Shown here one piece after another: positions 7,810-15,640 of a stretch of DNA of 41,469 nt (the first letter of the stretch is position 1; every line of letters starts with the position of its first letter). The stretch is from Candidatus Falkowbacteria bacterium (GTDB taxonomy: Bacteria > Patescibacteriota > Patescibacteriia > Patescibacteriales > VMTK01): the NCBI GenBank assembly GCA_043802685.1, contig JAZDKT010000078.1:1-41469 (forward strand), in the 5' to 3' direction. Made by a program: the position numbers and the translations under genes. Below the pieces are notes generated by a model. That model was not told the DNA's origin and ran no database searches. It saw only the letters and a list, made by a program, of their open reading frames with translations.

Positions 7810-8756
7810 AACCCGTATTTCTCTATATTCTCATCAGCCAGTTTTTGGATATATTCTATTTGCTGTTTGCCTTCTTCTGCCGCGAATAAATGCTTAAACC
7901 TGCCTTGCGGCTTTAAATATTCTTCCACTTTCATTTTCGGCTGTGGAATTTTCATGGCATTAACCAATTTTCCGTCTACATATTCAACTATCGGATAATG
8001 CCCGGTTTGAGCGGCTAATTTGCCTAATTTAATTGTTTTGTCCGAAACCATTTTCCAGCCCGGAATGCAGGGAACTAAAATCTGAATATAAGCAGGACCG
8101 TCCATAGTCAACGCTTTTTTAACCTTGCTCGTGATGTCGGCTAAATATCCGGTTGTTGTCTGAGCCACATACGGCAAATGGTGCGCCAAAGCGATAGCGA
8201 TCATGTCTTTCTTTCTTTGATGAGAACCGATTGCGTCAATGGTGTTCGCCTTGCCCGCCGGCGTGGTGGTGGTGTTGGCGGCCCATGGAGTGGCTCCGCT
8301 CGCCTGTATCCCTGTATTCATGTACGCTTCATTGTCATAGCAAACATACAAAATATTTTCTCCTCTTTCCCACATGCCTGAAATCAAACCAAAGCCGATG
8401 TCAAAAGTGCCGCCGTCTCCGCCTTGGGCAACAACTTTAACCTCACCCCCGGCCCCTCTCCTTCGCAAGGAGATGGGAGCATGTTTTTTATTATAATCTA
8501 ACGCCGCTCTCACTCCGGATGCGACAGCCGCGGCATTTTCAAATAATGAATGAATCCATGGCACTCCCCATGCGCTTTCCGGATAAGGAGTGGTTGTCAC
8601 TTCCAAGCATCCTGTGGCATTGGCAATTATTGTATTTGGTCCAAGCGCTTCAACAACCGTGCGCGCCGCAATCAACTGCCCGCAGCCGGCGCAAGCCCGA
8701 TGGCCGGGAGCTAATAGTGGTTTTGCGTTAGATTTAATGATTGCTTTATTTGGCAT
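7806..8756 (-). CDS. porB: 2-oxoacid:ferredoxin oxidoreductase beta subunit (TPP-binding)
   Basis: N-terminal GHRACAGCG cysteine motif and the GDGG..DIGF TPP-binding motif, typical of PorB/VorA-type beta subunits. Substrate cannot be told from the sequence. Confidence 0.85.
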   Translation of the reverse strand: MPNKAIIKSNAKPLLAPGHRACAGCGQLIAARTVVEALGPNTIIANATGCLEVTTTPYPESAWGVPWIHSLFENAAAVASGVRAALDYNKKHAPISLRRRGAGGEVKVVAQGGDGGTFDIGFGLISGMWERGENILYVCYDNEAYMNTGIQASGATPWAANTTTTPAGKANTIDAIGSHQRKKDMIAIALAHHLPYVAQTTTGYLADITSKVKKALTMDGPAYIQILVPCIPGWKMVSDKTIKLGKLAAQTGHYPIVEYVDGKLVNAMKIPQPKMKVEEYLKPQGRFKHLFAAEEGKQQIEYIQKLADENIEKYGL

Positions 8757-8796
8757 AAAATAATTAATAATTTGCAGTTAATTTAAAAATTATTTA

Positions 8797-8870
8797 ATTA
8801 ACGAGTTAATGAGTTAGCGAGTTGTTGTTTAAAATTTAATTAACTCGTTAACTCTTGAACTCGTTAACTA
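8797..8870. repeat. intergenic inverted word array (CTCGTTAAC family)
   Basis: ttaacgagttaatgagttagcgagtt (8797-8823) faces ttaactcgttaactcttgaactcgttaacta (8840-8870). Confidence 0.85.
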
Positions 8871-8886
8871 AAAAACTAAATAATTT

Positions 8887-9096
8887 TTAGTTGATTGCCA
8901 TCGCTTGCTTAAATTCCCGGCTTGCTTTTAGTTTATCAAACTGCCCGACAAGCTTGGAAGCGTCCAGTATTTCTATTAAAATCGGCTTATTGCTTTTTGA
9001 TAAATGAATAATAAAATTGCCGAATTCATGGGCATGGCTGATCGGCCCCTTGGATAATTCAATGCTTATGATGTTTGATTCCGGATCGTAGATCAT
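8887..9096 (-). CDS. DUF2283-like small protein (putative antitoxin-like partner)
   Basis: MIYDPESNIISIELSKG....IIHLSKSNKPILIEILDASK matches the YD.E.D.L.I ... G.IEIL.AS pattern of DUF2283. Confidence 0.6.
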   Translation of the reverse strand: MIYDPESNIISIELSKGPISHAHEFGNFIIHLSKSNKPILIEILDASKLVGQFDKLKASREFKQAMAIN

Positions 9097-9104
9097 ATTT
9101 GATG

Positions 9105-9208
9105 TGATGCTAATCTGCGAATAAATGCGAATGCCGCTAATTGCTAATACGCGAATACATAATCATTAGCAATTCGCCAGATTAGCATTTATTCGCAGAT
9201 TAGCATCA
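9105..9208. repeat. perfect 24-bp terminal inverted repeats bracketing a whole intergenic spacer
   Basis: TGATGCTAATCTGCGAATAAATGC (9105-9128) is the exact reverse complement of GCATTTATTCGCAGATTAGCATCA (9185-9208). A nested second inverted pair lies inside (gctaattgctaat / attagcaattcgc). Confidence 0.9.
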
Positions 9209-9424
9209 TGCTTTTACTGGATAAAATGTAATAACTCGCATTACCCCATTATCTTTCTGATAAACCGCCTTAATATCGTCTTTGCGCGCCGCCAAATATT
9301 TTCCTTTCTTGCTGATTTTATCAGGCAACTTAACAACATCCTCTATCTGCTCTTTGGTAAAATAGACTTTATGCTTGTTTAATATATCAAATTTTTGTTC
9401 AGCGTATTTTGTGAAATAGATCAT
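9206..9424 (-). CDS. DUF4258-like small protein (putative toxin-like partner of DUF2283)
   Basis: 72 aa. It begins FTKYAEQKFDILNKHKVYFTKEQIEDVV and ends in a beta-rich C-terminus, lying upstream of a DUF2283-like gene. This pairing is a commonly observed two-gene module. Confidence 0.45.
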   Translation of the reverse strand: MIYFTKYAEQKFDILNKHKVYFTKEQIEDVVKLPDKISKKGKYLAARKDDIKAVYQKDNGVMRVITFYPVKA

Positions 9425-9592
9425 GATGGTATTTTAGATTTATGATTTTAGATTTTGGATTTGATTTTTTTGTTTGTTGGATATTTTTTAATAACCGCGC
9501 GAGCAAGCATTTCAAGCTTTTCTCTGACTTCCTTTGATTTTAAAACTTCATCAAGCATTGCCTCTTCTTCATTAATATCAATTTTTGTATTA

Positions 9593-9937
9593 TTATTTAG
9601 CTCCGGCATACTTTTTCATCTCTTCAGTAATTACATCAATATGATAAGTAATTTCCTTTTTAGAAATATTTGCTTGACTTCCTTTGAAGTATAAAGCAAC
9701 AGGTGTTATTAAATTATCTATTTCTACTAATAAAATAATTAACCTAAAACCGCCACTTTTACCTTTGCGTAGATCAGAAGATTTTAATCTTATTTTATAC
9801 ACATGATGGCCAAGATTTATAGCATTATTCTTATCAAACATCTTTAAAGAATTAATGACATCATTTAATAGATTTTTGTGTTTTCTAAAATACGATTTGA
9901 TTTGCTTTTTAAAATGGCTGGATATTAAAATCGTCAT
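9593..9937 (-). CDS. RelE/ParE-superfamily toxin-like protein
   Basis: VYKIRLKSSDLRKGKSGGFRLIILL is the K.R......KGKSGG.R.I motif of RelE/Gp49-type toxins. It sits 3 nt after a small RHH-like ORF. Confidence 0.5.
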   Translation of the reverse strand: MTILISSHFKKQIKSYFRKHKNLLNDVINSLKMFDKNNAINLGHHVYKIRLKSSDLRKGKSGGFRLIILLVEIDNLITPVALYFKGSQANISKKEITYHIDVITEEMKKYAGAK

Positions 9938-9939
9938 GG

Positions 9940-10197
9940 TTATTTTAAGTCAGCAAATTGCTCCTCCACTGAAGGAAGTTTTTTGCCACCATAAATTTGA
10001 TGGATAGTTTTGCTAAGTTTTTGAGCTGACTGCGCGAATTTTTCTTCCTCATTTAACGCAGGATGTTTTATTTTAGTAACAAGATCCATGGCGGCAAACC
10101 TAAAAAACTCCGCTTTGCTGGCAAAGCCGTATTCTTTAATTGCTTGATTAATTTTTTGTTCCAATGGTTTAGAAACCGCAAAATTTACAATAGACAT
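9940..10197 (-). CDS. ribbon-helix-helix-type antitoxin-like protein
   Basis: 85 aa. N-terminal beta strand plus helices (IVNFAVSKPLEQKINQAIKEYGFASKAEFFRFAAMDLV), immediately upstream of the toxin-like ORF. Confidence 0.45.
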   Translation of the reverse strand: MSIVNFAVSKPLEQKINQAIKEYGFASKAEFFRFAAMDLVTKIKHPALNEEEKFAQSAQKLSKTIHQIYGGKKLPSVEEQFADLK

Positions 10198-10395
10198 ATA
10201 GTTTGTATATAAATTTAATATTAAATCTATATATAATAATAGCAGATATGTTTTTTATGTCAAGATGTAATTTTAACTACACGAATTCATTATAAAAAAG
10301 AATGCGAATCATACAATTCTTCTTTAAAAATAATTCTTGTAGTTCTTGTCTAACTGGCAGAATCCCCTAACGAGAGATTCTGCCGCGGCGAAAAA

Positions 10396-11199
10396 TTATT
10401 TGCACTTTATATTATAAATACTCATAATAGGACCCTCTGCTTTACACTCCCCGCTACAACATTGAATACAACATTGCTTTGTTTCACAATCCCAATTACT
10501 ACTAGTGCTATATGACGATACTCCGCATTCATAATTTGATGATTTGCAATTTTTAATTGCTCCTTTTTCAGAACATTTATCTTCTCCTTCGCCAGAAACA
10601 CAAGTACAAGTTTCGAGTTGTATGTTTCCACAGCTAAACATATGTTCTTGTGTTTCATAATCTAAGTGTTGACTATTTGTACATCCTTGAGCTCCGCTCT
10701 CTTGACTATTATCCTTTACATCCTGTATCGTCGTAATCTTAAAATTCACCAAATCCGGATTAACCGTGTATAGGATAGTATAAGAAGCCAGAGTAAGAAC
10801 AAGCCCGGTTAAGGCCGCGCCGATCCATGACTTGGCATTGCCGATTCTTTCCGCATTTCCTCCGGCGGTAATCCATAAAACTCCGCCAAACATTAAAACA
10901 ACCGCGGCCAAAATTCCGACTATGCCGATAGCGTATTTGTAAATGGCGTTTATGTATTCGCCAATCATTGCCGTTGAATCGCCAACAGTTTTTTGCGTAC
11001 CTTTTTGAAAATCATCGCCTATTCCAACTTGTGGGACAAAATAAACCTTTTTTTCTTCAGCTTGGCTCGGCGCTGGAACAGCTAGCAAAAAAATTAATCC
11101 TGCCAACTGAAGAATAAAAGCCAATAGAAACATTATTGTTAAAATTTTAGAAAATAATTTTTGCATATATTTATTATAAAATTTTAATTGTTTAGTCAA
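10396..11199 (-). CDS. TrbC/VirB2-like (T4SS-type) pilin-like membrane protein with Cys-rich C-terminal extension
   Basis: Signal/TM segment followed by YINAIYKYAIGIVGILAAVVLMFGGVLWITAGGNAERIGNAKSWIGAALTGLVLTLASYTILYTVNP, the two-helix pilin-like core common in CPR genomes. The last ~100 aa contain 14 Cys. Confidence 0.55.
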   Translation of the reverse strand: MTKQLKFYNKYMQKLFSKILTIMFLLAFILQLAGLIFLLAVPAPSQAEEKKVYFVPQVGIGDDFQKGTQKTVGDSTAMIGEYINAIYKYAIGIVGILAAVVLMFGGVLWITAGGNAERIGNAKSWIGAALTGLVLTLASYTILYTVNPDLVNFKITTIQDVKDNSQESGAQGCTNSQHLDYETQEHMFSCGNIQLETCTCVSGEGEDKCSEKGAIKNCKSSNYECGVSSYSTSSNWDCETKQCCIQCCSGECKAEGPIMSIYNIKCK

Positions 11200-11236
11200 T
11201 TCGTTAACTCTTTAACTCGTTAACTCGTTAACTAAA
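11197..11236. repeat. CTCGTTAAC-family word array (direct orientation relative to 8840-8870)
   Basis: caattcgttaactctttaactcgttaactcgttaactaaat. Confidence 0.85.
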
Positions 11237-11252
11237 TAATTTTTTAATTAAT

Positions 11253-12473
11253 TTATCCGACAAACCTAACCCCATCATCACCTTTCTTTACTTCTTTAAT
11301 AATCCTCTCAACCATCTCGCCGGTAATATCCCGCCCGCCCAAGCCGACTATAAAACTTTGAATTTTAGCTTTAATTTTGCCTTGAGCCGCTGATTTAATA
11401 TCAGACGCAAGCGGACCCATCTCACCTAAAGTAATTGCTTTATCTAACACGGCAATATATTTCGCTTTTTTGATTATTTTTACAATTTCATCCGCCGGAA
11501 AAGGACGATAAGACTTTATTTTTAAAACTCCAACCTCACCCCCTACCCCTCTCCTTCGTAAGGAGATGGGAGATTTGTATTTATCAACCGCATCTTTAAT
11601 CGTGCCGACTACCGAACCCATGGCAACTAAAATTATTTTTGGTCTGAATGAACCATAATATTCCACCAAGCCATTGTCAATAATTGTTTTCGTGTTTTCG
11701 TGTTTTCGTGTTTTTGTGTTTTTGTGTTTTTGTGTTTTTGTAATTATTTCATGGTATTTTTTATATTCTTCGTTAATTAAATCTATGCTCGCAGTCAAGT
11801 CATCATGCAGCTCCTGCCTTATTTCCATATAATAAGCAGGCGAGGCAAAAGCGCCCATTGTTACCGGATTGGCCGGATCTAAAAATTGTCCTTTTTTCGG
11901 CTTGTAATCCGGCAAATATTTTTTAATCTGCTCTGCTTCCGGGACAACCACTGAATCATAAGTATGCGTTAAAACAAAACCGTCAACATTAACAATAACC
12001 GGCAGATTTGTCTGCTCTGCTATTTTGTAAGCCATAATATGCTGATCAACCGCTTCCTGGTGATTTTCCGCGAACAGCATAATCCAGCCGGCGTCGCGGA
12101 CAGTCATGGCATCCTGATGGTCGTTCCAGATAGTAATCGGCGCCGACACTCCCCTGTTGGCGCAAGTCATCACAATCGGCAAGCGCATTCCGGCTATGTT
12201 AAACACGACTTCAGCCATTAGCAAAAGCCCCTGCGAGCTGGTCGCGGTATAAACGCGAACTCCCGCGGCGCTGGCGCCTTCAATGATTGAAGCGGCCGCG
12301 AACTCGCTTTCCGCCCGCACATATTCATAATCCGCCTCTCCGTCAGCTTTAAATTTAGCCAAATCTTCCACAATATGAGTCTGCGGCGTAATCGGATAAG
12401 CGGAAATAACCGCCGGCTTTATATTTTTTATGGTTAACGCAATAGCGCGAGATCCTTCTAATATTTGTTTCAT
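11253..12473 (-). CDS. porA: 2-oxoacid:ferredoxin oxidoreductase alpha subunit
   Basis: The N-terminus EGSRAIALTIKNIKPAVISAYPITPQTHIVEDLA and the TATSSQGLLLM motif are typical of PorA/VorB alpha subunits. It carries two in-frame repeat-encoded insertions (see findings). Confidence 0.85.
   Translation of the reverse strand: MKQILEGSRAIALTIKNIKPAVISAYPITPQTHIVEDLAKFKADGEADYEYVRAESEFAAASIIEGASAAGVRVYTATSSQGLLLMAEVVFNIAGMRLPIVMTCANRGVSAPITIWNDHQDAMTVRDAGWIMLFAENHQEAVDQHIMAYKIAEQTNLPVIVNVDGFVLTHTYDSVVVPEAEQIKKYLPDYKPKKGQFLDPANPVTMGAFASPAYYMEIRQELHDDLTASIDLINEEYKKYHEIITKTQKHKNTKTRKHENTKTIIDNGLVEYYGSFRPKIILVAMGSVVGTIKDAVDKYKSPISLRRRGVGGEVGVLKIKSYRPFPADEIVKIIKKAKYIAVLDKAITLGEMGPLASDIKSAAQGKIKAKIQSFIVGLGGRDITGEMVERIIKEVKKGDDGVRFVG
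11685..11741. repeat. tandem 8-mer array (coding-sense ACACAAAA / ACACGAAA) inside porA
   Basis: tgttttcgtgttttcgtgttttcgtgtttttgtgtttttgtgtttttgtgtttttgt encodes ...TKTQKHKNTKTRKHENTKT... Confidence 0.9.
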
Positions 12474-12482
12474 AATTTAATA

Positions 12483-12598
12483 TATAATCCGAATCTACGA
12501 ATTATATCCAAATGCTCCGAATAGCTGCGAATCAAATTAAAGCTATTTGGATAATTCGTATTTGGGGCATTCGGATACATTCGTAAATTCGGATTATA
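12483..12598. repeat. intergenic inverted word array (CCGAAT / ATTCGG family)
   Basis: tataatccgaatctacgaatt... faces ...aattcggattata, with imperfect inverted halves of ~45-58 nt. Confidence 0.8.
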
Positions 12599-12599
12599 C

Positions 12600-12857
12600 T
12601 TATTTTTTATCTAATTCCATCTTAATCGCCTTCACCGGGCATTCTTCGGCGCAGATTCCGCATCCTTTGCAGAAATTATAATCCGTTTTCGGCTTTAAAC
12701 CGTTTTTCCCTGATACCATTTTTATGGCGTTTTCCGGGCAAACCCTTGAGCAGGTACCGCAGCCAATGCATTTTTTAAAATCTGTCCAGGGAATATAGGT
12801 GCGCCAGCCGCCAGTTTTATTATTTACGGTTGAGCTTGGTTTTGCGGTTATGTTCAT
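12600..12857 (-). CDS. porD: 2-oxoacid:ferredoxin oxidoreductase delta subunit (2x[4Fe-4S] ferredoxin)
   Basis: Two CxxCxxCxxxCP motifs (CIGCGTCSRVCP and CKGCGICAEECP). The start is placed at the ATG at 12857 (MNITAKPSS...) because the longer track ORF begins inside the GTTACGC repeat array. Confidence 0.8.
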   Translation of the reverse strand: MNITAKPSSTVNNKTGGWRTYIPWTDFKKCIGCGTCSRVCPENAIKMVSGKNGLKPKTDYNFCKGCGICAEECPVKAIKMELDKK

Positions 12858-12864
12858 ATTCTCT

Positions 12865-12974
12865 CGCGTAACGCGTAACGTGGAACGCATAACGCATTTA
12901 TTAAAAATAATAAAATTCAATACTCTATGCTCTATTATACACTCGTTACGCGTTACGCGTTACGCGTTACGCGA
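12865..12974. repeat. GTTACGC-family inverted arrays flanking an AT-rich loop (porG-porD spacer)
   Basis: cgcgtaacgcgtaacgtggaacgcataacgc (12865-12897) faces ctcgttacgcgttacgcgttacgcgttacgcg (12943-12974). Confidence 0.85.
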
Positions 12975-13604
12975 GTATGCTTTCTTAATCGCTTGAATAT
13001 TTTTATCTGTTATTTCAGCGCCTTTTTCGCCAAACTTCTGCTTGATTGCTTTTTCAAGCGAACTCAAGCTGACTAAACCGGCAACTTTCGCGAACGCTCC
13101 AAGAATAACCGTATTAACCAGATTTTTGCCGATTATTTCAAGAGCGATTTTAGTGGCGTCAATCGGATAAACCCCGCACCTTTTAAGCAGTTTTTCGTAA
13201 TTTCTTTCACTAAAATTTTTATTTTTTTTAGAACTCTGCTTAAAAGGTGCGGGGTAAATATTCTTCTCGGGTAAATTAATCCCTTGTTTTTTAATTTCGC
13301 TTTTTGTCTTTGCCGTATTGATTATAACTAAAGTATTTTTATCGCAGCCATGCGCGACATCAATCGTATCAAGCAAGGTTGAATCTTGTATTATTAAAAC
13401 ATTCGGATGATAAACATGCTCGCGCGTTCTAATCGGCTTGTCGTCTATTCTGGCGTACGCTTCAATCGGCGCGCCTGTTCTTTCCACGCCAAAAGAAGGA
13501 AATGCCTGCGCCTGCTTTCCGTCGTTAAAAGCCGCTATCGCGATGAGTTCCGCCGCGGTAACAACGCCTTGACCCCCGCGGCCGTGTATGCGTATTTGGA
13601 ACAT
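12960..13604 (-). CDS. porG: 2-oxoacid:ferredoxin oxidoreductase gamma subunit
   Basis: The N-terminus MFQIRIHGRGGQGVVTAAELIAIAAF is typical of PorG. It contains an in-frame palindromic insertion at 13172-13254. Confidence 0.85.
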   Translation of the reverse strand: MFQIRIHGRGGQGVVTAAELIAIAAFNDGKQAQAFPSFGVERTGAPIEAYARIDDKPIRTREHVYHPNVLIIQDSTLLDTIDVAHGCDKNTLVIINTAKTKSEIKKQGINLPEKNIYPAPFKQSSKKNKNFSERNYEKLLKRCGVYPIDATKIALEIIGKNLVNTVILGAFAKVAGLVSLSSLEKAIKQKFGEKGAEITDKNIQAIKKAYSRNA

Positions 13605-13641
13605 AGTTTTTATGAAAATATGAAATAATGAAAATATGAAA

Positions 13642-14043
13642 TTATTTTATATAAACCTTATTTTGATTTTGCAAAAAATTAATATACCCGTTGATTTTCC
13701 ATTCTGTCTTTTTGCCTAATTCATAAAGTTCTTTAAATTCTTCCGCGCTAATATAACTTTGATCTTTAGCCGTATATAAATGATCAATAGTTTCTAATGT
13801 TGATCCTCTGGAAATTCTACAAAATTGTATATTCTCCTGAAAATTATATCTACCATATCCTTCGGCAATATTTGCAGTAATTGAAATAGCAGACCTTTTT
13901 ATTTGTTGAGTTAAACAAAACTTTTCTTCATTTGGAAATTTTTTACTAATTATGTAAATTTTATTTTTAAACTCTCTTCCTGTTTGCCATGCCCCAATGT
14001 TTTCAAAGGATTTGTATTGATTTAATTTTATGGTTTGTTCCAT
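13642..14043 (-). CDS. four-helix-bundle protein (23S rRNA intervening-sequence protein family)
   Basis: The pattern F..E.....Q.+RSA.SI.ANIAEGYGR.......F..I+.GS..E....L is characteristic of this family. Confidence 0.75.
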   Translation of the reverse strand: MEQTIKLNQYKSFENIGAWQTGREFKNKIYIISKKFPNEEKFCLTQQIKRSAISITANIAEGYGRYNFQENIQFCRISRGSTLETIDHLYTAKDQSYISAEEFKELYELGKKTEWKINGYINFLQNQNKVYIK

Positions 14044-14150
14044 ATAATTATAAAAATACGAGAATATAAAAATATTTAAAATAATTTTTTAGATTTATTT
14101 TCTTAATTTATAGATATTTTCATAATCTTGTATTTTCATAATTTCATATT

Positions 14151-14843
14151 CTAGTATTCTCGTATCAACTCCTCCACCACCCCCGCGAACACCTCATACG
14201 GTATATCCCCTTTAACCATATATCCATTTATAAACCATGTCGGCGTGCCTGCGACTCCCAGCTTCTCTCCTTCGGCGTAATCTTTTTGAATTTGCGCGGC
14301 GTATTTATCGCTATCCAAACATTGGCTGAATTTAACAGTGTCAGCGCCGATTTGCTTGGCTAATCCAACCAGCTGATCCTTGGCCGCGCCTTGATTTTGA
14401 AAAAGTTTATCGTGCATCAGCCAAAATAATCCCTGCTCCCCGGCGCATCTGCCTGCCATGGCCAAGCTCAAAGACTCTTCATGCATTGGATAATCCCTAA
14501 AAATTATTTTTACGTCATCTTTATGCTTAACGCTTATTTCTCTTATTTTGGAAAAAGAATTTTTACAGTAAGAACAAGCAAAATCGGCAAATTCCACGAT
14601 TGTTACTTTCGGCTTGGCGGAACCGATCCAATAATTGCCATCGCCTTCCGCGGAATATTGCTTGCCGTTGATAACTGATTGGCTTAAAATATTCCGGTTA
14701 GCCGGCTCCCCGCTTTTTATTTTTCGCGCAACATCAAATACATAAAACCCGGAAGCGACAATAAGCGATAAGATAAAAATCGCGAAAATAATCAATAAAA
14801 TGCCCCACCATTTTTTATACCAAAATTTATTAGTTTTCAACAT
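14151..14843 (-). CDS. membrane-anchored DsbA-like thiol:disulfide oxidoreductase
   Basis: N-terminal TM anchor and the thioredoxin-fold CxxC site FADFACSYCKNS, with the DsbA-like downstream pattern GTPTWFING. Confidence 0.75.
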   Translation of the reverse strand: MLKTNKFWYKKWWGILLIIFAIFILSLIVASGFYVFDVARKIKSGEPANRNILSQSVINGKQYSAEGDGNYWIGSAKPKVTIVEFADFACSYCKNSFSKIREISVKHKDDVKIIFRDYPMHEESLSLAMAGRCAGEQGLFWLMHDKLFQNQGAAKDQLVGLAKQIGADTVKFSQCLDSDKYAAQIQKDYAEGEKLGVAGTPTWFINGYMVKGDIPYEVFAGVVEELIREY

Positions 14844-14880
14844 TGATAAATTATGATTTTTAGATTATGATATAAATAGA

Positions 14881-15009
14881 TTATAATGCGAATCCGCAAA
14901 TTTATGCAAATACTACAAATTACGAATTACGCAAATAATTAATTAGCTAATTCGCATTATTAGAATTCGCAGCATTCGTATATAATTTGTAGATTCGCAT
15001 TATTATAAT
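14881..15009. repeat. intergenic inverted word array (GCGAAT family)
   Basis: ttataatgcgaatccgcaaattt... faces ...aatttgtagattcgcattattataa. The 25-mer aatttgtagattcgcattattataa is identical to the one at about 7789-7811. Confidence 0.85.
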
Positions 15010-15197
15010 TATTATAGCATTTTTCTATGAATAAACAAAATTCATTGGATGAGCTGCAGCGGGATGTTGAAAAAAAGCATGACAAACGCGTTAAGCGGAA
15101 AGTGCCGGTTATGAAAGTTGATGGAGCGAAGGCAAAGCAGCTGCAAAAAATTATTATTAAAACTAATAAAATTTAATTATTAATAAAGCCCAACCGA

Positions 15198-15635
15198 TTG
15201 GACACATTCGGGCAAGCCGCAGAAGAGATGAAAAAAATATTCCCTTCCGCGCCTGCTATTATTAGCAAGGGCGATTATGCTAGCAAAAAAGCATGGGGGC
15301 TGTTAGCCAGCATAGATCTTTATGAATGCGACCCCAAACTGATTAAAAGCCCAAAGGCGATAAAAAAATTTGTCGTTGAGCTTTGCGAGGTTATTAAAAT
15401 GAAAAGGCATGGCGATCCTTTAATAGAGCGCTTTGCCGAAGGATTATTGGAGGGGTATTCCATGATACAATTCATAGAAACATCTTCAATCACGGCGCAT
15501 TTTGACGAAGAAAAAAACAGGGCGTTCGTAGACATTTTCAGCTGCAAGTATTTTAACGCGAAACAAGCCATGAAATTTTGCCAAAAATTTTTTAAGGCAA
15601 GCGGCTATAAAATACAAACTTTAATTAGAGACTAA
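15198..15635 (+). CDS. S-adenosylmethionine decarboxylase-like (AdoMet_dc fold) protein
   Basis: LLASIDLYECDPKLI...GYSMIQFIETSSITAHFDEEKNRAFVDIFSCK parallels the prokaryotic AdoMetDC pattern (dlygC ... ESH.s.HT.PE ... .D.f.C). Start uncertain: TTG at 15198 or ATG at 15228. Confidence 0.5.
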   Translation: MDTFGQAAEEMKKIFPSAPAIISKGDYASKKAWGLLASIDLYECDPKLIKSPKAIKKFVVELCEVIKMKRHGDPLIERFAEGLLEGYSMIQFIETSSITAHFDEEKNRAFVDIFSCKYFNAKQAMKFCQKFFKASGYKIQTLIRD

Positions 15636-15640
15636 ACTTG

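Noticed and set aside
12858-12920. N-terminal extensions of track ORFs: porD 12858-12920, rtcB 20874-20903, gvpA 40087-40101, gvpF/L 29554-29616, and the TTG at 15638.
   Set aside because: The extensions are encoded by repeat words, overlap the upstream gene, or add residues absent from the conserved family N-terminus. Downstream ATG starts fit homologous N-termini better.
15027-15176. 49-aa ORF MNKQNSLDELQRDVEKKHDKRVKRKVPVMKVDGAKAKQLQKIIIKTNKI upstream of the AdoMetDC-like gene.
   Set aside because: It is plausible as a small basic protein, but there is no recognisable family and no supporting signal. It is left unannotated.
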